Assembly: GCA_965248435.1 (NCBI GenBank)
Contig: OZ252100.1
Location: 4,480,001 to 4,544,000 of the forward strand
Reading direction: 5' to 3'
DNA from: Candidatus Latescibacterota bacterium
GTDB lineage: Bacteria > Latescibacterota > UBA2968 > GCA-2709665
Length of the DNA: 64,000 nt
Numbering within the stretch: the first letter of the stretch is position 1; each line of letters opens with the position of its first letter. Made by a program: the position numbers and the translations under genes. Shown here one piece after another: positions 40,509 to 49,742 of the stretch. The notes under the pieces were generated by a model. The model was not told where the DNA came from and did no database searches. It saw only the letters and a program-made list of their open reading frames with translations.

Positions 40509-41777
40509 ATGGCACAGGTCTACAACTGGAACCTCGGACGCAAGATGGCCTATCCGTACGAGGCCGCATATCCGAAGGAGCAGTTCGCCTTCGTGTTCAA
40601 CATCAACCGGTGTATCGCCTGCCAGACCTGCACCATGGCGTGCAAGTCGACCTGGACTTTCAACAAGGGGCAGGAACACATGTGGTGGGCGAACGTTGAG
40701 ACGAAGCCCTACGGGGGCTACCCTCAGTTCTGGGACATGAAGACCCTGCAACTGCTGGAGGAAGGTAACCCGGACGGGCAGGTCTGGGACGGGTTGACTT
40801 CAGACGACCCGAAGCGGCCCTACGGTCAATTCGAGGGCCAGACGGTCTTCGAGGCGGGAAAAAAGACGCTGAAGCCCGACAGCTCGCGCGTGCTCGGCTA
40901 TCTGCCCACGGACGAGGAGTGGAACTCTCCGAATATCTATGAGGACAACCCGGTGGGCAAAAAGGGGGTGCGGGGCGAGTTCTATCCGGACGGGGTGGAG
41001 CTGCCGGTGCACAAGACCTGGTTTTTCTACCTGGCGCGCATCTGCAATCACTGCAGCTATCCGGCCTGCTTGGCGGCCTGCCCCCGAAAGGCGATCTACA
41101 AGCGCCCCGAGGACGGGATCGTCCTGGTGGACCAGAAGGAGTGCCGGGGCTACCGGAAGTGTGTCGAGGCCTGTCCCTATAAGAAGGTGATGTATCGGGG
41201 CAATACCCGGATTTCCGAAAAGTGCATCGCCTGCTATCCCCGAGTCGAGGGTAAGGACCCGGAGACCGGAGGGGAGCCGATGGAGACGCGGTGCATGGCG
41301 GCCTGTATCGGTCAGATGCGGATGCAGGGGCTCGTGAAGATGGATCCCGAAGGGACCTGGACCCGAGATCGGCAGCATCCGCTCTATTATATGGTTCACG
41401 TCGCCAAGGTGGCCCTGCCGCTCTACCCTCAGTTCGGAACGGAGCCCAACGGCTACTACATCCCACCCCGATGGGTACGTCGCGATTACTTGCGGCAGAT
41501 GTTCGGGCCGGGCGTGGACCGGGCGATCGAGGCCTATTCCCACCCAGACCGGGAGCTCCTGGCCGTGTTGCAGCTCTTCCGGCGCTCCAACCGGATCATC
41601 TACCGGTATGAGATCGAGGAGGGCCCGTTGATCTACGAAGCGGAGCTGCGAGGACGGCCGATCACTATTTACAACGACACTGTGATCGCGTTCGGTAAGG
41701 GGGGGAAAGAGATCTTCCGGACGACGGTGGAGGAGCCCATCTACGAGCGGCCCTCCGAGCACGCGAATTCGATATAA
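40509..41777 (+). CDS. nxrB: Fe-S beta subunit, NxrB-like
   Basis: CIACQTCTMAC, CNHCSYPACLAACP, CRGYRKCVEACPY, CIAC; LPLYPQFGTEPN. Confidence 0.93.
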   Translation: MAQVYNWNLGRKMAYPYEAAYPKEQFAFVFNINRCIACQTCTMACKSTWTFNKGQEHMWWANVETKPYGGYPQFWDMKTLQLLEEGNPDGQVWDGLTSDDPKRPYGQFEGQTVFEAGKKTLKPDSSRVLGYLPTDEEWNSPNIYEDNPVGKKGVRGEFYPDGVELPVHKTWFFYLARICNHCSYPACLAACPRKAIYKRPEDGIVLVDQKECRGYRKCVEACPYKKVMYRGNTRISEKCIACYPRVEGKDPETGGEPMETRCMAACIGQMRMQGLVKMDPEGTWTRDRQHPLYYMVHVAKVALPLYPQFGTEPNGYYIPPRWVRRDYLRQMFGPGVDRAIEAYSHPDRELLAVLQLFRRSNRIIYRYEIEEGPLIYEAELRGRPITIYNDTVIAFGKGGKEIFRTTVEEPIYERPSEHANSI

Positions 41778-41789
41778 GCGGAGAGAGAG

Positions 41790-42557
41790 ATGACCGAACT
41801 GAGAATCGAAGCGGAGGAACTCGCCCTGTGCCGGGCGACCCTGTACGAGGCGCTGGCGCTGGGGTTTCGCCCCCCTACGGAGGAAACGCTGGCTCGTCTG
41901 GTGGCCGTGGAGGGGGTGAGCGCACTCGCCGATGCAGCCGCGCCGCTGGACCCCGATCTGGCTGAAACGGTCAGGAGCCTGGCCAAGGCGAATCGGACGG
42001 ACGGCACGTCGGTCCTGTCCGGGCTCTACCGAACCCTCTTCGGGCATACTGCAAGGGGCGCCGTGCCGCCTTACGAGACGGAGTACGGCGTGGATGGACT
42101 GTTCCAGCAGCCCCAGGAGATGAGCGACATCGGCGGGTTTTTCGGTGCCTTCGGTCTTGCGGTGGATCCATCGAGTCACGAACGGATCGACCACATCAGC
42201 TGCGAGTGTGAATTCCTCCGTTTTCTTTGCGAGAAGGAGGTCTACGCCGCGGAGGCGGGGGATGAGGACATGCTGGAGGAAACCCGCAAGGCGGAGCGGC
42301 TCTTCCTGAAGGATCACCTGGGTCGGCTCGCGCCCGCCTTCGGACGGCGGCTGGTGCTCGAAGACCGAGGCGGCTTCTACGGTGCGCTGGGCGAATTGTG
42401 TGCCGGCTTTATCGAGGCCGAATGCCGGCGCGCCGGTGTTTCGGCCGGACCGGAACAGCTTCAGCTTCGACCGGCCCTGCCCGACGACGTGCCCATGGCG
42501 TGCGATTCGGGTGAAGACCTCCTGCAGATCGACGGGGAGTCGGAGGAGGTTGGATGA
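41790..42557 (+). CDS. TorD/DmsD-family Mo-enzyme maturation chaperone
   Basis: PPYETEY, ERIDHISCECEF, FLKDHL. Confidence 0.9.
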   Translation: MTELRIEAEELALCRATLYEALALGFRPPTEETLARLVAVEGVSALADAAAPLDPDLAETVRSLAKANRTDGTSVLSGLYRTLFGHTARGAVPPYETEYGVDGLFQQPQEMSDIGGFFGAFGLAVDPSSHERIDHISCECEFLRFLCEKEVYAAEAGDEDMLEETRKAERLFLKDHLGRLAPAFGRRLVLEDRGGFYGALGELCAGFIEAECRRAGVSAGPEQLQLRPALPDDVPMACDSGEDLLQIDGESEEVG

Positions 42558-43516
42558 GAAGAGATCCCGAGGGATTTCGGCTGAACTTCGACCACCGCCT
42601 CGTGGAAGAATCGGTGTTGCTCGCCATCCCGGGCCGGGCCGATGAGGGCCGATTCCGAAGCGTGCGAGATCGGATTTACGACGAGCCTGACCTCGACGCG
42701 CGGGATGTGGCCTTCCAGAAGCTCCACGCCGAGTGGTTTGTGTTTCTCGGCCTGGGGGATCCCCTGGAGCAGGCTCTGGATGAGCGCTCCCTGTTGAAAG
42801 CCGCGACCCGTCAATGCGTCGTGGCCCCTGCACGGTCGAAGAAGGAGGAGGGAGCAGATCTTTTCGTGTCTCCACCCTTAGAGGGTAGGGATGAGGTGGA
42901 CAGGCGGTCGATCGGCTGCCGACTGAAGACCGAGTCGTTCCTGGAGCCTGACGCCCTGCTTGCAGTGCTTCGTCACGAGTTTCTACACATCTTCGACATG
43001 CTCGATCCGGCGTTCGACTACGAGCCGGAACTGCCCCAGTCGGAGGGAGGGGCCATGGCCAAGCGCCTCCTTCAGGATCGCTATCGGGTGCTTTGGGGTG
43101 TGACGATCGACGGACGTCTCGTGAGGGAAGGTCGGGCATTGGCCGGAGTGCGTGGACGCAGAGAACACGAATTTTTCCGGACCTTTCATTTTCTAGGCGC
43201 GAACACCCAAGACGCCTTCAGCAGGTTCTTCGACCACCCCTTCCGCACCCACGGCGAACTGGTCGCCTTTGCGCAAGCTCCCCATTTGGCCTTTGGCGAC
43301 TCATCCCGTCCTGATATGCGCTGTCCTTTATGCGGTTTCCCCACGCACGCCTTTGAGCCGAACCCACAACGGATCCCTGCCGAGGTGCTTACCCGGATCG
43401 CGAGTGATTTTCCGACCTGGCGCCCTGCGCAGGGACTCTGCCCGCAGTGTGCCGATCTCTATCGGGCCTCCCCGCTCTCCAGCGCGGCAGAGGCCGTCCT
43501 TCCGAAGATTTCATGA
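42554..43516 (+). CDS. Hypothetical protein with HExxH motif and C-terminal CxxC...CxxC zinc ribbon
   Basis: LRHEFLH; CPLC and CPQC; start overlaps the chaperone stop. Confidence 0.7.
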   Translation: MRRDPEGFRLNFDHRLVEESVLLAIPGRADEGRFRSVRDRIYDEPDLDARDVAFQKLHAEWFVFLGLGDPLEQALDERSLLKAATRQCVVAPARSKKEEGADLFVSPPLEGRDEVDRRSIGCRLKTESFLEPDALLAVLRHEFLHIFDMLDPAFDYEPELPQSEGGAMAKRLLQDRYRVLWGVTIDGRLVREGRALAGVRGRREHEFFRTFHFLGANTQDAFSRFFDHPFRTHGELVAFAQAPHLAFGDSSRPDMRCPLCGFPTHAFEPNPQRIPAEVLTRIASDFPTWRPAQGLCPQCADLYRASPLSSAAEAVLPKIS

Positions 43517-43940
43517 GTTCTATGACCTCCCGAGAACGAATTCAGAGGGTGTTGGCAGCGAGGTGCCCGACCGTGTGCCGTTTCACGACGCCTACTGGGC
43601 GACGACGATCGAGCGGTGGCGTCGCGAAGGCATGCCGCCAGACAGATCTCCTGAAGAATACTTCGGGAGTGAAATCGTGCAGATCGCGGGCGACTATTCG
43701 CTGCAAGTTCCATTTCAGATGATCGAGGAGACGGATCGATATCGCGTCGGGAATATCGATGTTCGAAACCTGGCTGGAAGCCGTGAGGCGATCGAATCGG
43801 AGATCCGGTCGAAGGTGACCGCGGGGGGAGCTGGGGGCGGATACATCTATCATTCAGATCACTCCGTCCCCAAAGATGTGTCGTTGGAGAACTATCGATT
43901 CGCGCTGAAGATGCTCGAGAAGTACGGGCGTTACGATTGA
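43513..43940 (+). pseudogene. Uroporphyrinogen-decarboxylase-family (MtaA/CmuA-like) remnant with frameshift and large internal deletion
   Basis: MTSRERI..(shift)..EVPDRVP N-terminus joined directly to the GNID...GGGYIYHSDHSVP C-terminus; ~140 aa against ~350 expected. Confidence 0.75.
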
Positions 43941-43957
43941 GGCGTGAGGAGGACCGT

Positions 43958-44599
43958 ATGGACGACGTCGAGCGCTGTACTTGCGCAGACGAGGGCCCGC
44001 CCGTTATCGCGGTCACAGGCTACCGGGACAGCGGAAAGACGACCGCTATCGAGGCGATCGTAAAGGCGTGTTCTCTCCGGGGCACCCGTGTAGGGGTCTT
44101 CAAGCATTGCTGCCACGGCTACGATCTGGACCAACCCGGGAAGGACTCCTGGCGTATCCATCAGGCAGGCGCGGCCGGGACCGTCGTGATGGGCCCCAAG
44201 GGATTCGCGTTCCTCGGGGGATCCTGCCCTGACCAGGATCCACGGCGACTTGCGTCCTGGCTGTTCCCGAACGTGGACTTGATCCTTGCCGAGGGGTTTC
44301 ACTGGATCGGCCTTCCCCGGATCGAGATTGGAGATCGCGATGGAAGGACCCGCCCGGGGCATCCGGAAGGGGAGGTGCTGGGCCGTCTGCCTTTTAAGTT
44401 CGGTTCGAGGGAGATCCGGGCGGTCTGCGATCTGCTCGAGGCGAGATACGTGGAGGGGCGACGTGAACGAGAGGTCGCCCGAAGGGCGATTCTATCCTCA
44501 GCTCAAACTTCGTCGGATATCCGTCGAGGGGACATCTTCGGCAGGAGGACGACTCCCCACGCGATTACTCCGATCAGCCAGAACGCTGCTCCGATGTGA
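43958..44599 (+). CDS. mobB: Molybdopterin-guanine dinucleotide biosynthesis protein B
   Basis: GYRDSGKTT, KH..H..D.DQPGKDSW, DLILAEGF. Confidence 0.9.
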   Translation: MDDVERCTCADEGPPVIAVTGYRDSGKTTAIEAIVKACSLRGTRVGVFKHCCHGYDLDQPGKDSWRIHQAGAAGTVVMGPKGFAFLGGSCPDQDPRRLASWLFPNVDLILAEGFHWIGLPRIEIGDRDGRTRPGHPEGEVLGRLPFKFGSREIRAVCDLLEARYVEGRREREVARRAILSSAQTSSDIRRGDIFGRRTTPHAITPISQNAAPM

Positions 44600-45666
44600 A
44601 GCATCCCGAAATAGTAGAAGGGCAGGAAGTCGGAGATCACGCGGGCGATGAGGGCCAGGAGCGTACAGAGCGCGAGCGTGAGCATGGTTTTCGAGTTCTT
44701 CTGCCAGATCGCTTCGAATCCGCAGTGAGCCGCAGTGACACGTGTCGCGATGATGACGGTCAGCGTCGCGAACCCCCCGATGAAGGTCAGGTGGAGGGCC
44801 GGGATTTCGTAATCTGGAAAAAGGCCCGCCACCCAGAGGCCTGCGATTACAAACCAGAAGGAGAGCCAGAGAAGGCGCAGGTGCCAGAGCGGACTGGCGG
44901 GTCGCTGGAATAAAGGGAGTGTGCGCAGCAGGTGGACGGTGACGACAAAGGCCCGCAGGCTTCTACCCGCGGACTCTAAAACCCCCGACTCGATCCAGAA
45001 GCTGACGAACAGTGCGAGTGCCAAGAGCAGGTTGATGCCGAGGGGTGTGTGTCTGTGGCGTGACGCGGCGTCGTTCGCACTAAGCAGACGCCCGCCGAGG
45101 TAGGGGCCGACCCCCATGATGAAGCAGAGAAGCATGCCCTGTTCCACCATGCGGTTTCCAAGCTTGACAAATCCATACAAGGGCCACAGGATGAGCAGGC
45201 CCCCGACCAGGGCGTGGATCAGGCCGGCCGGGACGAAGATGAATGTCGGGGGAGGATCGTGCTTTCGTTCGGGGAATCGACGGGCGGCAAAGAGGAGCAG
45301 GTGGAGCGCTAGAAGAAGGAAGCCGACTTCAGACATGCTCCAGTTCTCCACGTATAGCTCAGCCGCAGCGAACAGGAGCAGGGCCAGACCCAGGAGGAGC
45401 TCCCACGGACGGGCACGTCGAACTTCCATGAATCTGGGTAGGGCCGTCATCAGAAACCCGGTTGCGAACCCCATCTCAAACCCTTGGATCATCAGGAGGC
45501 CGTGGTAGTTGCAAGAGAAGGTCTCGGTTAGGCCCGAATAGTACCACAGCCAGTGCGATACACCGACAACGCCGCAGAGCAAGCCGGCAGGGAAAAAAAG
45601 CCGAAAGGGTTCATCACAGAGGACCTCCAGAAAGGGGGTCCTTTTCTCGTTCGAATGGGTGACCAA
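44503..45666 (-). CDS. nnrS: NnrS-family membrane protein (start approximate)
   Basis: EPFRLFF, HGLLMIQGF..GFLMTALP, LHLTFIGG; many TM helices. Confidence 0.85.
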   Translation of the reverse strand: MVTHSNEKRTPFLEVLCDEPFRLFFPAGLLCGVVGVSHWLWYYSGLTETFSCNYHGLLMIQGFEMGFATGFLMTALPRFMEVRRARPWELLLGLALLLFAAAELYVENWSMSEVGFLLLALHLLLFAARRFPERKHDPPPTFIFVPAGLIHALVGGLLILWPLYGFVKLGNRMVEQGMLLCFIMGVGPYLGGRLLSANDAASRHRHTPLGINLLLALALFVSFWIESGVLESAGRSLRAFVVTVHLLRTLPLFQRPASPLWHLRLLWLSFWFVIAGLWVAGLFPDYEIPALHLTFIGGFATLTVIIATRVTAAHCGFEAIWQKNSKTMLTLALCTLLALIARVISDFLPFYYFGMLHIGAAFWLIGVIAWGVVLLPKMSPRRISDEV

Positions 45667-45823
45667 GTGCGCTCCGAATGGCGAGGGATTTGAAGGTGCT
45701 GATGTGTCAAGATAACCGTTCCGGCGGTCCGCGGACAAGCGTTTGGGCCGACCAGCGGGTGGACAGACGACTGGGATTTGCCACAGGCAAATCAACCCGT
45801 TCCCTGGAAAGGGAGATTAGACC

Positions 45824-45852
45824 TGGGACACGCTCGCCCCACCGGTGCGACA
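45824..45852. promoter_or_regulatory. Candidate enhancer (UAS) 3
   Basis: TGGGACA-cgct-CGCCCCA plus a TGCGACA half-site 22 bp later. Confidence 0.55.
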
Positions 45853-45955
45853 TCCACCTTACGATTCCCGCTTTCCAGTGAAGATTTCGCTTCTGTGCCT
45901 TGCCATAACTTATTTAATAACAAACTGATAATTAGTACGACGTCGGCGACGTCCG

Positions 45956-45970
45956 TGGCACGTCATTTGT
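45956..45970 (+). promoter_or_regulatory. Sigma54 promoter 3
   Basis: TGGCAC-gtcat-TTGT (one mismatch at -12), preceded by an AT-rich tract. Confidence 0.65.
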
Positions 45971-46041
45971 AAGGTGTTCATTAGATGGGTTTCGAATTGG
46001 GGGGGGTCCGGGTCTTCAAGGCGCAAAACGAAGGAGATTCT

Positions 46042-46155
46042 ATGGCTGACCTCGTCGCGATTGCGGAAAGTGTCATCAAGGGAGAGGCGCCCAAGGTGGA
46101 GGCGCTGGTTCAGGAGGCCCTGGACAATGGCGTTTCCGTCGGAGACGTCCTGCCT
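46042..46155 (+). pseudogene. 5' fragment of a corrinoid (B12-binding cap domain) protein
   Basis: RBS AAGGAG; MADLVAIAESVIKGEAPKVEALVQEALDNGVSVGDVL, then similarity is lost. Confidence 0.65.
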
Positions 46156-46211
46156 GAGAAATCATCATCTCAAAAGACAGTCTTATTGGCTTGGAGAGGA
46201 GGTGAACAGGA

Positions 46212-46793
46212 ATGGTCACCGAGACCTACATCATTGTCGCCGCATTCATCCTCGGGGCGTTCTTTTTCTTATGGCGGAATGTCATCAAAACCTACCAGAG
46301 GTTTCGCGGCAAGATGCTGGTGATGTGTCCCGAGACGCATCAAGCAACCGGCGTTGAGGTAGATGAAAGACATGCCGCCCTATCTACCGCCCATGGTGGG
46401 CCGGATCTGAGATTAAAGGCGTGTACGCGCTGGCCGGAGCATGAAAATTGTGGTCAGGGGTGTCTGAATCAGATCGAACTCTCTCCAGACGGATGTCTGG
46501 TCCGGACGATGTTGACGGATTGGTACCAGGGGAAGTCTTGTATTTCTTGTGGAAGGGAATTCCCAAAGATTGACTCCTATGACCATAAAGCGGTTTTCGG
46601 ATATGACAAGAAGCCCGCGCTGAGGAGCCCCGAGGGTGCGATTGTGGAATGGCTCGAGGTGCCAGTGGAAACGCTTCCCGAAGTTCTCTCGACGCATAAA
46701 CCGGTATGCTGGAATTGTTTGATTGTGCACAGGTTTAGAAACGGGCACCCAGAGCTCGTGGTGGACCGCCCGTGGAAGCGAAGTCAATTCTGA
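46212..46793 (+). CDS. Membrane-anchored Cys-rich protein of unknown function
   Basis: RBS GGAGGTG; N-terminal TM; CPET, CTRWP, CGQGC, C, CISC, CWNC. Confidence 0.75.
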   Translation: MVTETYIIVAAFILGAFFFLWRNVIKTYQRFRGKMLVMCPETHQATGVEVDERHAALSTAHGGPDLRLKACTRWPEHENCGQGCLNQIELSPDGCLVRTMLTDWYQGKSCISCGREFPKIDSYDHKAVFGYDKKPALRSPEGAIVEWLEVPVETLPEVLSTHKPVCWNCLIVHRFRNGHPELVVDRPWKRSQF

Positions 46794-46923
46794 ATCGTAT
46801 TCTGTCGCCTCGGCCGCCAGAATGAACGCGCCCAAGGGCTTATCGGACTCCAACTGTCTGGAGTTGTGGTTGAACGTGAAGTACCAAGCGGTCGGTGTCG
46901 CAGGTTAAGGTAGGGAGGCGAAC

Positions 46924-47201
46924 GTGAAACTTTCCGTAACAGCACTGGCCCAAGTGCAGCCATCCTGTGGGGAGCAGTGGTCCTCTTCCTGGGGACCGCG
47001 AATGCTATCTGGCCAACCTATGCGAATGCGTTTCTGCAGATCATAGACTCGATCTATCCGGGGTATCACGCTGGAGATGGGGCCTGGAGCGTCGTGGTGG
47101 GCACGCTTTATGCAATTGTAGACGGGGGCATAGGCGGGTTCCTGTTTGCGTGGATCTACAACAGATTTGCGGTTGAAGGAGAGACCGTGAGCGTAAATTG
47201 A
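46924..47201 (+). pseudogene. Small membrane protein with a 1-nt deletion near 46950
   Basis: RBS GGGAGG plus GTG KLSVTALA, continuing in another frame as SAAILWG...SIYPGYH...FAWIYNRF; length 278 nt. Confidence 0.6.
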
Positions 47202-47376
47202 TCCCCGATTTCCGGTGGATTCTGTCGATGTGTGAAAATCGAAGCGAAAATGTGTTTGTGCCAGGACAGTCCGAATAGGGACCTACGGAAAAACCGGAAT
47301 CGATTTCACCGAAGCGACAGAAGGCGTACACAGCAGGACGAAGTTATTCCCGTGTTCGTTCTAAGGAGCGTCTATC

Positions 47377-48267
47377 GTGCCCAAAGGAAAAGTGAAAGGC
47401 AGAAATGCTGGCCTGTCACCCTACTTTCGTGAGGTTCGGCGGACGGAACTATTGAGTCGGGAAGATGAAGTGCGATTGTCTGCCAGGATCCGCCGCGGAG
47501 ACACAGAGGCCCGAAATCAGCTTGTTATGGCGAACCTCCGATTCGCTTTGAAGATGGCCATGCGATATCAGGGATTTGGACTTCCCTTAGAAGATCTAGT
47601 CAGCGCCGCCAATTACGGGCTCCTGCGGGCAGCAATCAGGTTCGATGGCCTGAATGGCGTAAGGTTTATCACCTACACTGTCTGGTGGATACGGCAGTCA
47701 CTTCAGCAGGCTGTGGCTGCAGAGCCTCGTACCATCAGGTTGCCAGGACACGTCGTGGAATTACTTTCCAGGATCAACAAGGTTTCCGCGTCGCTGCAAA
47801 TTCAGTTAGAAAGACAGCCCTCGAGAGATGAGATCGCCTCCGGATTAGACGTCCCACGTCGAAACGTACAGCGTGCTATGGATGCGGCGCCGGAGCCGCA
47901 TTCACTGGACGAGGAGATCGGGAGTTCGTTCGACGGCAGCACTCGGTTGATAGAAGTCTTAAAAGACCCAGCGAGTAAGGACCCCTCTGAAGAACTGGAC
48001 CGTCTGCTCCTCAAGGAGGACGTTCGGAAGGCGCTGGAAGTTCTGAAGGGCCGGGAGGTGGAGGTGATCAAACGGTCTTATGGGCTGGACGGCAGGCCGA
48101 TGGTTAGCCTCGCAGAGATTGGACGAAGCATGCATCTGAGTCGAGAGCGTGTTCGGCAGATAAGAGTTGCGGCCCTGGAACGGCTTCGGAGGGAGTTCGA
48201 GTCAAATGGACTGGGCAACGATCTGGAACCAGAAGGACATGCTGAAGTAGCGCAGGGGGCGTGTTGA
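47377..48267 (+). CDS. Alternative sigma70-family factor (RpoD/RpoS-like, no region 1.1)
   Basis: LVMANLRF, DLV...GL..A..RFD, F.TY.VWWIRQ, TIRLP, LSRERVRQI. Confidence 0.92.
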   Translation: MPKGKVKGRNAGLSPYFREVRRTELLSREDEVRLSARIRRGDTEARNQLVMANLRFALKMAMRYQGFGLPLEDLVSAANYGLLRAAIRFDGLNGVRFITYTVWWIRQSLQQAVAAEPRTIRLPGHVVELLSRINKVSASLQIQLERQPSRDEIASGLDVPRRNVQRAMDAAPEPHSLDEEIGSSFDGSTRLIEVLKDPASKDPSEELDRLLLKEDVRKALEVLKGREVEVIKRSYGLDGRPMVSLAEIGRSMHLSRERVRQIRVAALERLRREFESNGLGNDLEPEGHAEVAQGAC

Positions 48268-48338
48268 ACCGCGCCGACCGGATATTGACGGAATCCTGAA
48301 TTCTCCCCCTGTGTGTTCACCCATATCCTTGGATTTCG

Positions 48339-48364
48339 AGCGTCTAAATGGCGCTTCTTTTTTT
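48339..48364 (+). terminator. Intrinsic terminator
   Basis: AGCGTC/GGCGCT stem followed by a long T tract. Confidence 0.55.
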
Positions 48365-48383
48365 GATGTAACTATACGATAAT

Positions 48384-49643
48384 ATGGGCCAACCTATATC
48401 CTCTTCTCACCAAGCGAGCTTCTACTACATGATCCGCCGTACCACGAATGGAGTGCGAGGAATCTTTTGGGCAGGTATATTTGGCTGTCTGTTGACTATT
48501 CTTGGTGGGGCGTGGGCCAAAGATGTGAAGTTCGGGGGGCAAGTAAGACCCCGCTTCGAGTTTCGCGATCCGGTCGCTCAGGGCCACGATACCTTTGTCT
48601 CGATGCGAGTCAGGGCACAGATCGAGGCGTTGCTGGATAGGGACGTCGGTGTCTTGATCCAGTTTGAAGACGTCAGGCTCTGGGGGGAGGAGACGAGCAC
48701 GCTTGGAGATTTCAGCGCGGACAATTTCGATCTGCATCAGGGGTATATGGACTTTAAGAAGAATGAGGGGTTTCGGGTTTCGACTAGGGTTGGGAGACAG
48801 GAGATTTCATTTGGAGGTCAAAGGCTGATCGGCGCAGTGGGCTGGGCGCAGCAGGGCCGGGCATTCGATGGCATTCGTCTTACCGCTTGGCCCGAGGGAG
48901 GAAAAGTAGACCTGCTGGCAATTAGGCTGGGGGATTCAACGGCCCCTACTTCCAGCGAAAACGCCTACTTGACCGGTGTCTATTATGTGGTATCCCGGTT
49001 CGAAGACACAACGATAGATCTCTACAGCTTTTACAACCGAGTTTCAGGGATGAGTGGTACCGATCAAATCACTTTGGGTTTGCGCACGGTCGGCAAGGGG
49101 GGCAATATCCCCTATCGGGTGGAGGGCAGCTATCAGTTTGGTGATCGAAGCGGAGAGGACGTCTCCGCTTTTATGTTCGGCGCTCGTGCCGGCCTTCCCG
49201 TTGGAGGTGGGAAAGGAATCGTCACCTTTTGGTATGACTATCTGTCTGGAGATGATGAACCTGGAGATGGAAAGGCAAATGTGTTCGACACACTATTCGG
49301 CACGAATCATAAATACTACGGGTTTGCAGATCTCTTCCGGAACATTCCCGTCCACACCGGGGGATTGGGGCTGCAGGACGCCGCAATCAAAACGCGGATG
49401 TCGCTCCAAAAGGATGTATCCCTCGGCGCGGACATTCACAGCTTCTGGGTCGCGACGAAAGGTGGATTGTCATCCAGCCGTCTTTGCGAGGAGCTTGATT
49501 TGACCCTCACCTATCGCTATAGCAAGGAGGTAACGTTCATGGGTGGTTTCTCATACGTCCTTGTTGGAGATGCACTCACAGACATCGGGAGGCTGACGAA
49601 GGATCTGAGTTTCGGATATTTGATGACGAATGTGGCGTTCTAG
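48384..49643 (+). CDS. Alginate-export-family outer-membrane porin
   Basis: GQVRPRFE, VGRQEI.FG.QRLIG...W.Q.GR.FDG, FDTLFGTNHKYYG; C-terminal Phe. Confidence 0.88.
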   Translation: MGQPISSSHQASFYYMIRRTTNGVRGIFWAGIFGCLLTILGGAWAKDVKFGGQVRPRFEFRDPVAQGHDTFVSMRVRAQIEALLDRDVGVLIQFEDVRLWGEETSTLGDFSADNFDLHQGYMDFKKNEGFRVSTRVGRQEISFGGQRLIGAVGWAQQGRAFDGIRLTAWPEGGKVDLLAIRLGDSTAPTSSENAYLTGVYYVVSRFEDTTIDLYSFYNRVSGMSGTDQITLGLRTVGKGGNIPYRVEGSYQFGDRSGEDVSAFMFGARAGLPVGGGKGIVTFWYDYLSGDDEPGDGKANVFDTLFGTNHKYYGFADLFRNIPVHTGGLGLQDAAIKTRMSLQKDVSLGADIHSFWVATKGGLSSSRLCEELDLTLTYRYSKEVTFMGGFSYVLVGDALTDIGRLTKDLSFGYLMTNVAF

Positions 49644-49644
49644 A

Positions 49645-49672
49645 GGCAGACGGCAGACGACGGACGGTAGAC
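49645..49672. repeat. Degenerate heptamer repeat (GGCAGAC)n
   Basis: ggcagac ggcagac gacggac ggtagac. Confidence 0.7.
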
Positions 49673-49742
49673 CGCCTTGCGATATTCTCAGGTTATCTAC
49701 GGGGGTGAGCCGATTGGATCCCGTTGGTTGGAGAGGAGGGAG

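Noticed and set aside
36647-41777. Calling the enzyme canonical NarGH or perchlorate reductase
   Set aside because: The Tat signal, CxxxDxxxC FS0 motif and absence of narI fit the Nitrospira/anammox NXR clade better
35825-43139. Long minus-strand ORFs (460, 271, 268 and 779 aa) opposite the nxr genes
   Set aside because: Expected from strong GC3 bias on the coding strand; no motifs or RBS
44503-44599. 97-bp convergent overlap of mobB and nnrS
   Set aside because: The mobB tail beyond the conserved domain looks like run-on after stop loss; no sign of function
48300-48365. CCCCCTGTGTGTTC resembling a 6S RNA 5' end
   Set aside because: No complementary 3' arm; a terminator follows within 60 nt
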